Assembly: GCA_016207605.1 (NCBI GenBank)
Contig: JACQPJ010000023.1
Coordinates: forward strand, 1-63,601
Reading direction: 5' to 3'
DNA from: Elusimicrobiota bacterium
Lineage (GTDB): Bacteria; Elusimicrobiota; Elusimicrobia; UBA1565; UBA9628
Length of the DNA stretch: 63,601 nucleotides
Positions 1 through 8,468 of the stretch are shown piece after piece; within the stretch, counting starts at the first letter, position 1, and the number at the start of each line of letters is the position of its first letter. The translations under genes and the position numbers were made by a program. The notes beneath the pieces are model-generated. The model had not been told where the DNA came from. It did not search any database and worked only from the letters and a program-made list of their open reading frames with translations.

Positions 1-72
1 CCCTTGAGCGACATGACGCTCGACAAGATCGGGGTGCAGTGGGCAAGAGAGAGCAGGCTCAACGTCAACTGA
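1..72 (+). CDS. probable 3' end of a CDS entering the window (…PLSDMTLDKIGVQWARESRLNVN*)
   Basis: Open frame 1 from base 1 to TGA at 70-72; too short to identify. Confidence 0.3.
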   Translation, partial: PLSDMTLDKIGVQWARESRLNVN

Positions 73-144
73 TGACGACAACGCAAACACGGCCAACGGA
101 ACGGCTTATCCTTCGGTCACATTTTTAGATGAGTTGACACGGTC

Positions 145-645
145 TCAGAGCAGCCAGAAGAAGCCCACCCCGACCATCGCCAGGGTCACGCCGGTCTTGG
201 CGATGAGTGCCAGGATTCGGGCGGCGAAGGCGCGATAGCCCAGGCGCATGGCCTCGCGACGGCCCTCGCCGCGCGCGAGCTCCAGGCCGAACGCCCCCAG
301 GAAGGTGCCGAGCAGTCCCCCCGGGACGGCGCCCACGATCGGGAGCAGCGCGCCTCCCAGCAGCGCGCCCGCGAGCCCGCCGAGGACGGCGCCCCACAGG
401 CCGGCCGTGGAGACGCCGAGGCGCTTGGCGCCCAGCACGCCGCAGAACCACTCCGCCAGCTCGGCGAGGAGGCAGAGGGACAGCAGGACGACCGCGGCGC
501 CCAGCGTGACGGCCGCCTTCGGGCTGACGGCCGCCGCGAGCAGGAGCCCGGCCAGGAGCAGCCAGTTGCCCGGCAGCCCCAGGGCGAGCAGGAAAAGGCC
601 GGCCCCCGCGGCGGCGGCGAACAGGATCCAGCTCAAGATCAGCAT
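145..645 (-). CDS. DUF456 family membrane protein
   Basis: 166 aa, hydrophobic and Gly-rich; GLPGNWL and GAKRLGVS..GLWGA..GG…G.FLGAF..E pattern typical of DUF456. Confidence 0.8.
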   Translation of the reverse strand: MLILSWILFAAAAGAGLFLLALGLPGNWLLLAGLLLAAAVSPKAAVTLGAAVVLLSLCLLAELAEWFCGVLGAKRLGVSTAGLWGAVLGGLAGALLGGALLPIVGAVPGGLLGTFLGAFGLELARGEGRREAMRLGYRAFAARILALIAKTGVTLAMVGVGFFWLL

Positions 646-1290
646 CTAGGCGAAGCGGGCCTGCGCGATGCGGGCGAGGCTTTCTTCCTTGTGCCGGCGC
701 TCGTCCAGGCCGACGCGGCGCAGGAGGTCGGCGACGCTGCGGAAGTCGCCGTAGTCGGCCTTGAAATCGCTCTCGAAGAGCTCGCTCTCCAGGGCGGGAT
801 TCTCGCGCACGAACTCCATGTACTCGTGCTCGGCGTGGTCCTCGAAGTCCGCGTTGAGCGCGTAGCTCCAGGCGGGCTTGAGGGCGTAGAGCAGCCAGCT
901 CACGTGGTAGTAGAAGAAGGCCATGAGCTGGGGCAGGAGCCGGTGCAGGAGGAAGTGCTCGCGCAGGCCTTTGCGCTGGACCATCTCCTCCAGGATCAGC
1001 AGGTGCCATTGCTCGTTGTCCTGCTGGGCGCGGGACTCCCGGACGAACTCGAAGACCCGGCGCGCGAAGCCGGGGGCGCGGTAGGTGTGGGTCATGGCGA
1101 CGTAGGCCACCTGCTCCCAGGCCTGGTAGGGGACGCGGGCGATGACCTCCAGCACCTTGAACTTCGACAGTGTGCGGGCACGGCCGTAGGTCAGGTCCAT
1201 CCAGATGAACAGCAGACGGGCTAGGGGGCCGTAGCGCCGTCTTGGTGCGTCGAGCGTCGCGGCTTGTTCGGCGGCGAGGTCCTCACTCAT
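646..1290 (-). CDS. alternative oxidase / PTOX-like di-iron carboxylate protein
   Basis: LEVIARVPY, NEQWHL, FEDHAEHEY and DERRH match the four iron-ligand motifs of the AOX/PTOX family; start taken at ATG 1290, 8 nt after a TAGACT -10. Confidence 0.8.
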   Translation of the reverse strand: MSEDLAAEQAATLDAPRRRYGPLARLLFIWMDLTYGRARTLSKFKVLEVIARVPYQAWEQVAYVAMTHTYRAPGFARRVFEFVRESRAQQDNEQWHLLILEEMVQRKGLREHFLLHRLLPQLMAFFYYHVSWLLYALKPAWSYALNADFEDHAEHEYMEFVRENPALESELFESDFKADYGDFRSVADLLRRVGLDERRHKEESLARIAQARFA

Positions 1291-1293
1291 TCG

Positions 1294-1308
1294 GGCATAG
1301 TCTACCAC
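1294..1308. repeat. left copy of 15-bp near-direct repeat GGCATAGTCTAC(C/T)AC
   Basis: 14/15 identical to 5253-5267; contains a minus-strand TAGACT -10 box. Confidence 0.6.
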
Positions 1309-1320
1309 GACGCCCGGCTG

Positions 1321-1350
1321 TTGACGCCGATTTCGTTTACGATGTAGTAT
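1321..1350 (+). promoter_or_regulatory. sigma70-type promoter of the small peptide gene
   Basis: TTGACG (1321-1326), 18-nt spacer, TAGTAT (1345-1350); GGAGG RBS before ATG 1385. Confidence 0.55.
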
Positions 1351-1384
1351 GCCGGTGTCGGCGAGCCGTTTAGCGGGAGGAAAC

Positions 1385-1585
1385 ATGAATCAGCAGGCCA
1401 TCAAGCAGCTTCTCGACCGCTGGATGAACGATCCGAAATTTCGCTCGGAGGTCCGTCAGGACCCCGCCGGAGCGGTCAAGAAGACCGGCATTCAATTGGG
1501 CGCGGAGGAGCAAGCGGCCTTCCAGAAGGTCGACTGGTCTCTCTCGGACGAGCAGTTGAAGGCGCGCATCAGCAAGTTGCCGTAA
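1385..1585 (+). CDS. NHLP-clan (Os1348/Franean1_4349-like) small protein, candidate RiPP precursor, 66 aa
   Basis: MNQQAIKQLLDRWMNDPKFRSEVRQDPAGAV…LSDEQLKARISK: D-P-x-F-R…D-P leader pattern and LSDEQL/RISK end; strong RBS. Confidence 0.7.
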   Translation: MNQQAIKQLLDRWMNDPKFRSEVRQDPAGAVKKTGIQLGAEEQAAFQKVDWSLSDEQLKARISKLP

Positions 1586-1597
1586 TCTGCGGGGCGC

Positions 1598-3292
1598 TCA
1601 GCGTTTCAACTCCTTGAGAAGAGAGTGCCCGTCGAAGTTCAGGATCGGGATGATGTTGAGGAGGAAAAGGAGGTAGGACCCTCCGGCGAAGAGCGATAGC
1701 CCGTTCTGGACGGCTGGATTTTGGGAGGCATGAGCCAGGAGGGCCGCCATGCCTCCCAGGATCAGGTGGACGTAGGGCCCCGCCCAATGCACGGCCATCC
1801 TCTGCCCGCGGGGCGCGAGCCACATGTCCGAGGTGTCGACAAAGAGGATCGGAGTGATCCAGTTCCAGCCGATCCCGACCCCGAGAATCTTCCGGCCGAA
1901 AGACTTTGTCGCCAGGGCGTGGCCGGCTTCGTGCAGAAGCCCCGAGACCACGAAACAGGCGACGCCGGCGATGAGAACGCCGGGCGAGAGAGCGCTCGCT
2001 CCCAGGCGCGGCGCGGCGCGGACGTCCCGCAGGAAGAACCCGAGCCCCGCGAGACTGACGGCGGCCAGCGCGATCTGGCCGCTCCTCGTAAAAAGAGGCG
2101 ATACGGCGCGGTAAAGGCGAGCGCTCAATCCATCGGTGTTTCTCAACATGACGCGCCATTCCAGGCAGAATCGGAGGAATCCCACCGCTCTTTGGCCCCA
2201 CGAGGGAAGGAACAACCACGTCGCCCGCGACGTCCGGCTCTCGGCAAATCCCGCGGCGACCAGCCCGGAGACCGTCTCCGCGATCGCCTGCGGCGCAAAA
2301 AGACGGAACGTCTCAAAATACAGAAGAGCCAAGTCCTGCAGATTTTTACGTCCGTCGAGGTTGTCCCAAATCAGCCGTCCGTGGGGAGTGAGCCGAAAGT
2401 AGGTTCCGCGGGCGGGATCGCTCAGGATCGTGATCGAGACGCCTTCCTCCGTCGTCATGGCGTGCTCTTGAATGCCGGGAACCCGTCTCGGCGCGTCGCG
2501 CAGACCTAAGAGTTCGAAGATTTGGCGGTTCAGCGTTTGGTCTTCCTGGATGAGCTCAAGAAAATCCTCCCGCCGGATTTCCAGGAGCTCGGCGGCCTCC
2601 AGGGCTTTGACGGAGGCGTTGCGGGGAGACTCGGTGAGAAGGGCCGACTCGCCGAACAACGAGCCGGGCCCCAGGATCGCGACGACCTTTTTAAGCCCTT
2701 GCTCCTGACGGCTGACCTCCACCTGGCCCGTGCGCACCAGAAAACAGGAGCGTCCGTTCTCCCCCTCGCGGACGACCTCGCCGCCTCGCTTCAGGGAGAG
2801 GCGGTGGATCCTCCGCGCCAACAGGCGCAGGCGTTCGGTTTTCAGCGCGCCGAACGGACTGGCCAATTTCAGGAAATCGGTCAGGAGGAGCTGTTCCGCG
2901 GCCTGGACGAAATGCCTTTCCGCCTCGGGGTGCTTGGCGAGAATCGCCTGAAACGCCGCGGCGTCAAGCGTTGCGGCCGACAGATCGCAGAGGGCGACGA
3001 CGGTGGCCGTGCGCTTCTTGTCCGGGCTGAGGAGGGCCAGCTCCCCGAAGAGCGCGCCCGCCGCGAGCCGGGCGACCGCCGTCGGGCCGGAGGCCGTCTC
3101 GATCCTGACTTCCGCCTGTCCAGCCGTAATGAGGAACAGCCGGTCGCCGCGCTCCCCCTCCCGGATCACCGCGCTCCCCGGAGGAAAACTCTCCTCCTTA
3201 AGCCGGGAGCCGACTTCATCCAGGAGGGCGGCCGGGAGAGATGAGAACGCCGGATGCGCGGCTAAGAGGCCGCTGGGGGAAAAATTAACCAA
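1598..3292 (-). CDS. fusion protein: two cNMP-binding domains + PqqD-like RiPP recognition element + M50 (site-2) metalloprotease
   Basis: FGELAL…RTATV and FGESAL…RNASV phosphate-binding cassettes; YFRLTPHGRLIWDNLDG..L.DL winged-helix RRE; HEAGH and NIIPILNFDG in a hydrophobic C-terminal part. Confidence 0.8.
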   Translation of the reverse strand: MVNFSPSGLLAAHPAFSSLPAALLDEVGSRLKEESFPPGSAVIREGERGDRLFLITAGQAEVRIETASGPTAVARLAAGALFGELALLSPDKKRTATVVALCDLSAATLDAAAFQAILAKHPEAERHFVQAAEQLLLTDFLKLASPFGALKTERLRLLARRIHRLSLKRGGEVVREGENGRSCFLVRTGQVEVSRQEQGLKKVVAILGPGSLFGESALLTESPRNASVKALEAAELLEIRREDFLELIQEDQTLNRQIFELLGLRDAPRRVPGIQEHAMTTEEGVSITILSDPARGTYFRLTPHGRLIWDNLDGRKNLQDLALLYFETFRLFAPQAIAETVSGLVAAGFAESRTSRATWLFLPSWGQRAVGFLRFCLEWRVMLRNTDGLSARLYRAVSPLFTRSGQIALAAVSLAGLGFFLRDVRAAPRLGASALSPGVLIAGVACFVVSGLLHEAGHALATKSFGRKILGVGIGWNWITPILFVDTSDMWLAPRGQRMAVHWAGPYVHLILGGMAALLAHASQNPAVQNGLSLFAGGSYLLFLLNIIPILNFDGHSLLKELKR

Positions 3293-3301
3293 TGAACTCT
3301 C

Positions 3302-4285
3302 CTAGAGCCCCTGTGCCGCTCCAAAAAGCGAGGCCTTGTCGATGTAGGCGCCGAGCCTCTCTCGATAGGGCTTCCGAGGCGCCGCCAGATTCAAGCTTTT
3401 TCTAGCCCGCTCGCAGTAGAGCTCGATGAGGAAGGCCGTGAAACGGCCGACTCCCTTGGAGGAAAGGACCGCCCGCGTCTTTTCTTGTTTCGAGAGGCTG
3501 GACTCAGCCTCTTTGAGGAGCGTCAACAGCCTCCCTTGCTCCGTTGGCGAGCTTTGCCCCAGCGCCAAGGCGATCGGGAGGGTGCGCGTGCCGTTTCTCA
3601 AATCCCGGCTTGCGGGAGCCCGGAAGAGGTCATGGAAGTCGGTGGCCAACTGGGCCGCGGTCCCCAGGCCGCGTCCCATGTCCTCATACGCGTTGATCCG
3701 GTCCGGCTTGGCTCCGGCCAACAAGGCCGCCAGCGAGGCGAGCGTGGCGACTCCGCTGCTCTTGCCCCGCACGGACTCCTCGACGTCCTGCGGCCGGACA
3801 GCCGGCTTGCCCGTCATCCTGAATTCCATCTGCTGTCCGGCGGCGAGCTCTAAAAGCCCGTTGGCGAATCGTCTTTGGATTTTGCGGCGGATGTCCGCGG
3901 ACGTGTTGAGCTCCGCGAGCAAGATCTGGGGGAGGGCCGATACAAAGAGGGAGGAAGCCAGCTGGAGCTCCCAGACGCTGTACCCCGGCCAACGGTCTCC
4001 GGCGTCCCCATCGGCGACGTCGTCGCTGATGTCCAGGCCCAGGTACAGGAACTGCCCCAAGGCCGTCAGGGGGAGAGCCTCCTCTTCGCGGCCGGTGATT
4101 CCTCCGTGCACGAGGAGAGGGATCTCCGCGTACGGAGAGCTTTCCCCGGCCGGGAAATGGCCCAGCAGAGAATGGAGCAGGCGGCGCTGGGGACCAGCGG
4201 GACTGTGCGCCTCGATGAAGGACCAGGGCGCGCTACGGGCGTCTTGACGCGGCCGCGGGCTCAAGCACGGCGTGTCTCTTGTCAT
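3302..4285 (-). CDS. polyprenyl synthetase-fold protein (ComQ-like prenyltransferase or isoprenyl diphosphate synthase)
   Basis: DDVADGD first Asp-rich motif, GQQME, GKS, degenerate second motif QLATDFHD, DLRNGTRTLP. Confidence 0.75.
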   Translation of the reverse strand: MTRDTPCLSPRPRQDARSAPWSFIEAHSPAGPQRRLLHSLLGHFPAGESSPYAEIPLLVHGGITGREEEALPLTALGQFLYLGLDISDDVADGDAGDRWPGYSVWELQLASSLFVSALPQILLAELNTSADIRRKIQRRFANGLLELAAGQQMEFRMTGKPAVRPQDVEESVRGKSSGVATLASLAALLAGAKPDRINAYEDMGRGLGTAAQLATDFHDLFRAPASRDLRNGTRTLPIALALGQSSPTEQGRLLTLLKEAESSLSKQEKTRAVLSSKGVGRFTAFLIELYCERARKSLNLAAPRKPYRERLGAYIDKASLFGAAQGL

Positions 4286-5249
4286 GTTCCTCCTTGAGGG
4301 CCAGCGCCTCCACGGCCAGCGCCGTCGTCAGTTCCCGGGAGCCGTAATGAAGAAAATAGAAGCTGTGGAAGGGATGCGCCTCCCATCCACCATCCGCGGC
4401 CTGCAGCTCCCGCAGCCCGGCCAGGGCGCGATCGGCGGCGCCCTTGGGAAGCGGAAGCGATCCCTTAAAGGCCGCGGATAGGGCCATGGCTTTTTCCAGA
4501 GGGGTGACCTTGGCGGGGTCCGTGGCCGTGAGCAGCGAGGTTAGGACCTCCCGGCACGCCTTGCCGAGTTCGCCTTCCGTCCAAGGCGGGTGATCAGAAG
4601 CCAATTTCCCCAGAGCGTACAGGAAGACGGCGGGAGAGACATAATAGTTGGACGGCTGGTGAAAGCGCCGGCGGAGGATCTGGTCCTCAAGATAGCGCGT
4701 TACCTCCGGCAGGACCCTGCCGTGCCGCTGGAACAGGCAGGCCGCGTTGGCGTTCACCACCGGGTCCACGTCCTGCCGGTCGATGAACGGCGCGACGTCC
4801 GGATGCCAGTCCAGGCCGGTTCCGTGGATCCAGGTGCCGAACAAGCCCTTTTCATTTCGACAGCCCGCCAGAGCGCGCAGGCAGGCGGCGTAGGGAAAAT
4901 CGACGTCCCAATCCTTGAAGACGCCGACGATGCAGGCGCTGCAGTCCACGTCCGGCGGGACTGCATCTTCGGGGGGCCGATTCCGCATCGCTCGCCCCCA
5001 GAAGGTCCAGAAGCCGCTTGAGTCGCGCTGAGCTTTCAGCCACTCGATCGCCCGGCGAGCCGCCGCCCGCACCGCGGGGTCCTCCTTCACCGGCCGCAGC
5101 GCGTGCAGGATGACGGCCGTCGTGAAGACGTTGGACTGCGCCTGCGCGTTGATGAACGAGCGCTCGTTGGAGCTGAGCGTCGGAAATTCGCCGGAGGGGA
5201 GCTGACGGCGCAGAAGAAAACGAACGCCCCGCATCGCTTCTTCGCGCAT
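4233..5249 (-). CDS. single-domain class II terpene cyclase / prenyltransferase-squalene oxidase repeat protein
   Basis: QW-like repeats (LRRQLPSGEF, LKAQRDSSGFW, LRELQAADGGW), PPDVDCSA acid motif, DVDPVVNANA, YGSRELTTALAVEAL; only 338 aa (one barrel). Confidence 0.72.
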   Translation of the reverse strand: MREEAMRGVRFLLRRQLPSGEFPTLSSNERSFINAQAQSNVFTTAVILHALRPVKEDPAVRAAARRAIEWLKAQRDSSGFWTFWGRAMRNRPPEDAVPPDVDCSACIVGVFKDWDVDFPYAACLRALAGCRNEKGLFGTWIHGTGLDWHPDVAPFIDRQDVDPVVNANAACLFQRHGRVLPEVTRYLEDQILRRRFHQPSNYYVSPAVFLYALGKLASDHPPWTEGELGKACREVLTSLLTATDPAKVTPLEKAMALSAAFKGSLPLPKGAADRALAGLRELQAADGGWEAHPFHSFYFLHYGSRELTTALAVEALALKEEHDKRHAVLEPAAASRRP

Positions 5250-5252
5250 GGC

Positions 5253-5267
5253 GGCATAGTCTACTAC
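5253..5267. repeat. right copy of 15-bp near-direct repeat GGCATAGTCTAC(C/T)AC
   Basis: 14/15 identical to 1294-1308; same offset from the downstream minus-strand ATG. Confidence 0.6.
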
Positions 5268-5295
5268 ACTGCCGCGGGCCGGGGCGCCGGGGGTT

Positions 5296-5973
5296 TCAGC
5301 TCCCCTGGGGGCTCCCCTCGGCGCGGTGCCGGATGTCCCGGCCGAGCACCATGAAGATCACGTCCTCGGCGACATTGGTGGCGTGGTCGGCGATGCGCTC
5401 CAGGTTCCGGGCGATGAGAATGAGGCCGAGCGCCCGCTGGATCGTCGAGGCGTCGGACTGCATGATCTGCATCAGCTCATGGAAGGCCTCGCTCTTGAGC
5501 CGGTCCTCGGCGTCGTCCCGGGCGATGACCGAGCGGGCCAGCTCGACGTCCTTGCGTACGAAGGCGACGAGGCTGTCCTTGAGCATGGCCTTGGCCAGGT
5601 CCGCCATCCGCGGCAGGTCGAGAAGCTTTCTTTCCAGCGGGGGCTGCCCGAGCAGGACGGCCGCGTTCTCCGCGATGTTGACGGCCTGGTCGCCGATGCG
5701 CTCCAGGTCCGAGTTGATCTTGCTGGCGGCCAGGATGAGGCGCAGGTCGGCCGCGGTCGGCTGATGCAGGGCGATCAGCTTGAGGCAGCGGTCGTCGACC
5801 TCGATGTGCAGGCGGTTGACCGTCTCCTCGTTCTCGTGGACCGTCCTCAGCGGCGCCTCTTTTCGGTCCCGCAGGCCCTCGACGGCCGCGCGGATCATCT
5901 CCTCGGCCAGGCCGCCCATGACTAGGAGCCTCTCTTTGAGCTCGTCTTCCGCGGTTTCTAAATGCCTTCGCAT
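5296..5973 (-). CDS. phoU: phosphate signalling protein PhoU
   Basis: QPTAADLR, DLERIGDQAVNIA, NLERIADHATNVAE; last gene of the pst operon; start ATG 5973. Confidence 0.95.
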   Translation of the reverse strand: MRRHLETAEDELKERLLVMGGLAEEMIRAAVEGLRDRKEAPLRTVHENEETVNRLHIEVDDRCLKLIALHQPTAADLRLILAASKINSDLERIGDQAVNIAENAAVLLGQPPLERKLLDLPRMADLAKAMLKDSLVAFVRKDVELARSVIARDDAEDRLKSEAFHELMQIMQSDASTIQRALGLILIARNLERIADHATNVAEDVIFMVLGRDIRHRAEGSPQGS

Positions 5974-5981
5974 CAAGCCCC

Positions 5982-6785
5982 CTAGCCGAAACGGCCGGTG
6001 ATGTAGTCCTGCGTCCGCTGGTCCCGAGGATTGGTGAAGAGGCCTTCCGTGGCGCCGAATTCGACCAGGTCCCCCAGGAGCATGAACCCCGCCCGGCTGG
6101 AGACGCGGGCGGCCTGCTGCATGTTGTGGGTCACGATGACGATGGTATAGTTTTTCTTCAGCTCGAACAAAAGCTCCTCGATGCGGGCGGTGGCGATAGG
6201 GTCGAGAGTCGAGCAGGGCTCGTCCATGAGCAGGACGTCCGGCTCGACGGCCAGGAGCCGCGAGAGGCACAGGCGCTGCTGCTGCTCCGGCGGAAGGCTC
6301 AAGGCGGGAACGCGCAGCCTGTCCTTGAGGTCGTCCCACAGCCCGGTCGCGCGCAGGTTGCGCTCCACCGCCTCTTCCAGCTCCGCGTTTGACGCCATGC
6401 CGTGGATGGCGGGCCCGTAGGCGACGTTCTGGAAGACCGAGATCGGAAAGGGGTTGGGCCTCTGAAACACCATTCCCACCCGCTTGCGCAGCGCGATCAG
6501 ATCCGCGTCCGGCCGGTAGATGTCCCGGCCGTCGACGAGGACGCTCCCCTCGATGCGGACCCCGCGGACCAAGTCGTTCATGCGGTTGAAGACCCTCAGG
6601 AGGGTCGACTTGCCGCAGCCGGAGGGGCCGATGAGCGCGGTGATCTCCCGACGGGGGACGGCGACGTCCACGTCCTTGAGCGCGCGGAAGCTTCCGTAGA
6701 ACAAGGACAGCGACCGAGCCTCGATGGCGGGCGTCTGGACGCGGACGTCCGCGGCCGGGGGGTCAGCCGAAGCGGCCTGAGACAT
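5982..6785 (-). CDS. pstB: phosphate ABC transporter ATPase PstB (signature motif degenerate)
   Basis: [39 protein letters not shown]; signature reads LPPEQ instead of LSGGQ. Confidence 0.93.
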   Translation of the reverse strand: MSQAASADPPAADVRVQTPAIEARSLSLFYGSFRALKDVDVAVPRREITALIGPSGCGKSTLLRVFNRMNDLVRGVRIEGSVLVDGRDIYRPDADLIALRKRVGMVFQRPNPFPISVFQNVAYGPAIHGMASNAELEEAVERNLRATGLWDDLKDRLRVPALSLPPEQQQRLCLSRLLAVEPDVLLMDEPCSTLDPIATARIEELLFELKKNYTIVIVTHNMQQAARVSSRAGFMLLGDLVEFGATEGLFTNPRDQRTQDYITGRFG

Positions 6786-7551
6786 AGTCGGCGGTCCTCC
6801 GGTTCTGGGGGTTGGTGAAGATCAGGCCCGTCTCGCCCATCTCGACGAGGTCTCCCATCAGCAGGAAGGCGGTCCGGTCGGAACAGCGGGAGGCCTGCTT
6901 GACGTTGTTGGTCACGAGCACGACGGATATCCGGCTCTTGAGCCCCTGGAGGGCTTCCTCGATCTTGGCGGTGGAGATCGGGTCCAGGCCCGAGCAGGGC
7001 TCGTCGAGCAGCAGCAGCTCCGGGCCGGCCATGAGGCTCCGGGCCAGGCAAAGCCTCTGCTGCTGGCCTCCCGACAGCTTCAGCGCGGAGTCGTCGAGCC
7101 GGTCCTTGACCTCGTCCCAGAGGTAGGCGGCCTTCAAGCTCCGCTCGATGCGCTCGGAGGGCGGGCCCGCGGCCGCGGCGCCGAGGATGCGCAGCCCCAA
7201 AGTCAGGTTGTCCCGGATGGACATCGGCAGCGGATTGGGCACGGCGAAGACCATGCCGATTCTCCGGCGCAGGGAAGGGACGTCGACGCCTTCCCCATAG
7301 ACGTCCAGGCCGTCGAGCCGGAGGCGGCCCTCGACCGCCAGCTCGGGCTCGAGATCGATGAGCCGGTTGAGGCAGCGCAGGAAGGTCGTCTTGCCGCTGC
7401 CGGCGGGTCCGATGAGGGCCAGGATCTCTCCGCCGCGCACGGTCAGGGAGACGCCGTTGAGGATCGCGTTCTTCCCCTTCCTGACCCGAAGCCGTTCGAC
7501 GACCAGCTTGTCCGCCGGGCTCGGCACAGACGCGTCATAGGAAATGCCCAT
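6763..7551 (-). CDS. pstB: second PstB-type ATPase (Q-loop and H-switch degenerate)
   Basis: [32 protein letters not shown]; MVFA in place of MVFQ and VTNN in place of VTHN; start ATG 7551. Confidence 0.9.
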   Translation of the reverse strand: MGISYDASVPSPADKLVVERLRVRKGKNAILNGVSLTVRGGEILALIGPAGSGKTTFLRCLNRLIDLEPELAVEGRLRLDGLDVYGEGVDVPSLRRRIGMVFAVPNPLPMSIRDNLTLGLRILGAAAAGPPSERIERSLKAAYLWDEVKDRLDDSALKLSGGQQQRLCLARSLMAGPELLLLDEPCSGLDPISTAKIEEALQGLKSRISVVLVTNNVKQASRCSDRTAFLLMGDLVEMGETGLIFTNPQNRRTADYVSGRFG

Positions 7552-7556
7552 AGCGT

Positions 7557-8468
7557 CTAGCGGCCCTCCGCCAGGCGCCGGCGGATGCGGGCGCGCAGGA
7601 CGACGGCCGAGAAATTCAGCAGGAAGGTCAGCGTGAGCAGCACGAATACCGTCGCGTAGAGGATGGGCTTGGTCGCGTCCACGTCGGGCGACTGGGTCGC
7701 CATCACGTAGACGTGATAGCCCAGCTCCATGAACTGGTGATTGAGGCGCCTGGGCAGCTCGGGGAGGTAGTAGGCCGCCCCCGTGAACAGGATGGGCGCG
7801 ACTTCCCCCGCCCCCCGGCTGACGGCCAGGATGGTGCCCGTCAGGATGCCTCCGGTGGCCTGGGGGAGGAGCACGTACCGGACCATCTGCCAACGGGTGG
7901 CTCCCAGGGCGTAGGCCGCCTCGCGATGGCCGCGCGGCACCACGCGCAGGGCCTCCTCCGTGGCGACCACGACCGTCGGCAAAGTCAGCAGGGCCATGGT
8001 CAGCGCCGCCCACAGGATGGCGGGCTGTCCGAAATGGAGCTGTCCGCCGTAAAAGAGGCGGTCCACGCTGCGCCCCGCGAACTCGATGAAGAACCCCAGG
8101 CCGAACAGGCCGAAGACGATGGCGGGGACCCCGGCCAGGTTTTGGATGGCCAGGCGCACCGCGTGCACCAATTTCGAGCCCGCGGGCGCGTATTCCTGCA
8201 GGTAGACCGCGGTGCAGACCCCCAGGGGCACGACCGCGATGGTCATCAGCAGGACCAGGAAGACGGTCCCGAAGATCGCCGGGAAGATGCCGCCCTCCGT
8301 CATGCCGGCCCTGGGGGCCGTCGTGAGGAACTCCCAGGAGAGATGGTGGACGCCGTGGTAGGCGATATGGCCGAGGATGAGCGCGACGAGGAGGATCACC
8401 GTCGCGCAGGCCAGGCCGGTCAGGCCCATGAACAGGAACGTGATCCGGTTGATCCAGCGCCGGCTCAT
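7557..8468 (-). CDS. pstA: phosphate ABC transporter permease PstA
   Basis: GGIFPAIFGT, LAGVPAIVFGLFG, EAAYALGAT, RGAGEVAPILFTG; start ATG 8468. Confidence 0.93.
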   Translation of the reverse strand: MSRRWINRITFLFMGLTGLACATVILLVALILGHIAYHGVHHLSWEFLTTAPRAGMTEGGIFPAIFGTVFLVLLMTIAVVPLGVCTAVYLQEYAPAGSKLVHAVRLAIQNLAGVPAIVFGLFGLGFFIEFAGRSVDRLFYGGQLHFGQPAILWAALTMALLTLPTVVVATEEALRVVPRGHREAAYALGATRWQMVRYVLLPQATGGILTGTILAVSRGAGEVAPILFTGAAYYLPELPRRLNHQFMELGYHVYVMATQSPDVDATKPILYATVFVLLTLTFLLNFSAVVLRARIRRRLAEGR

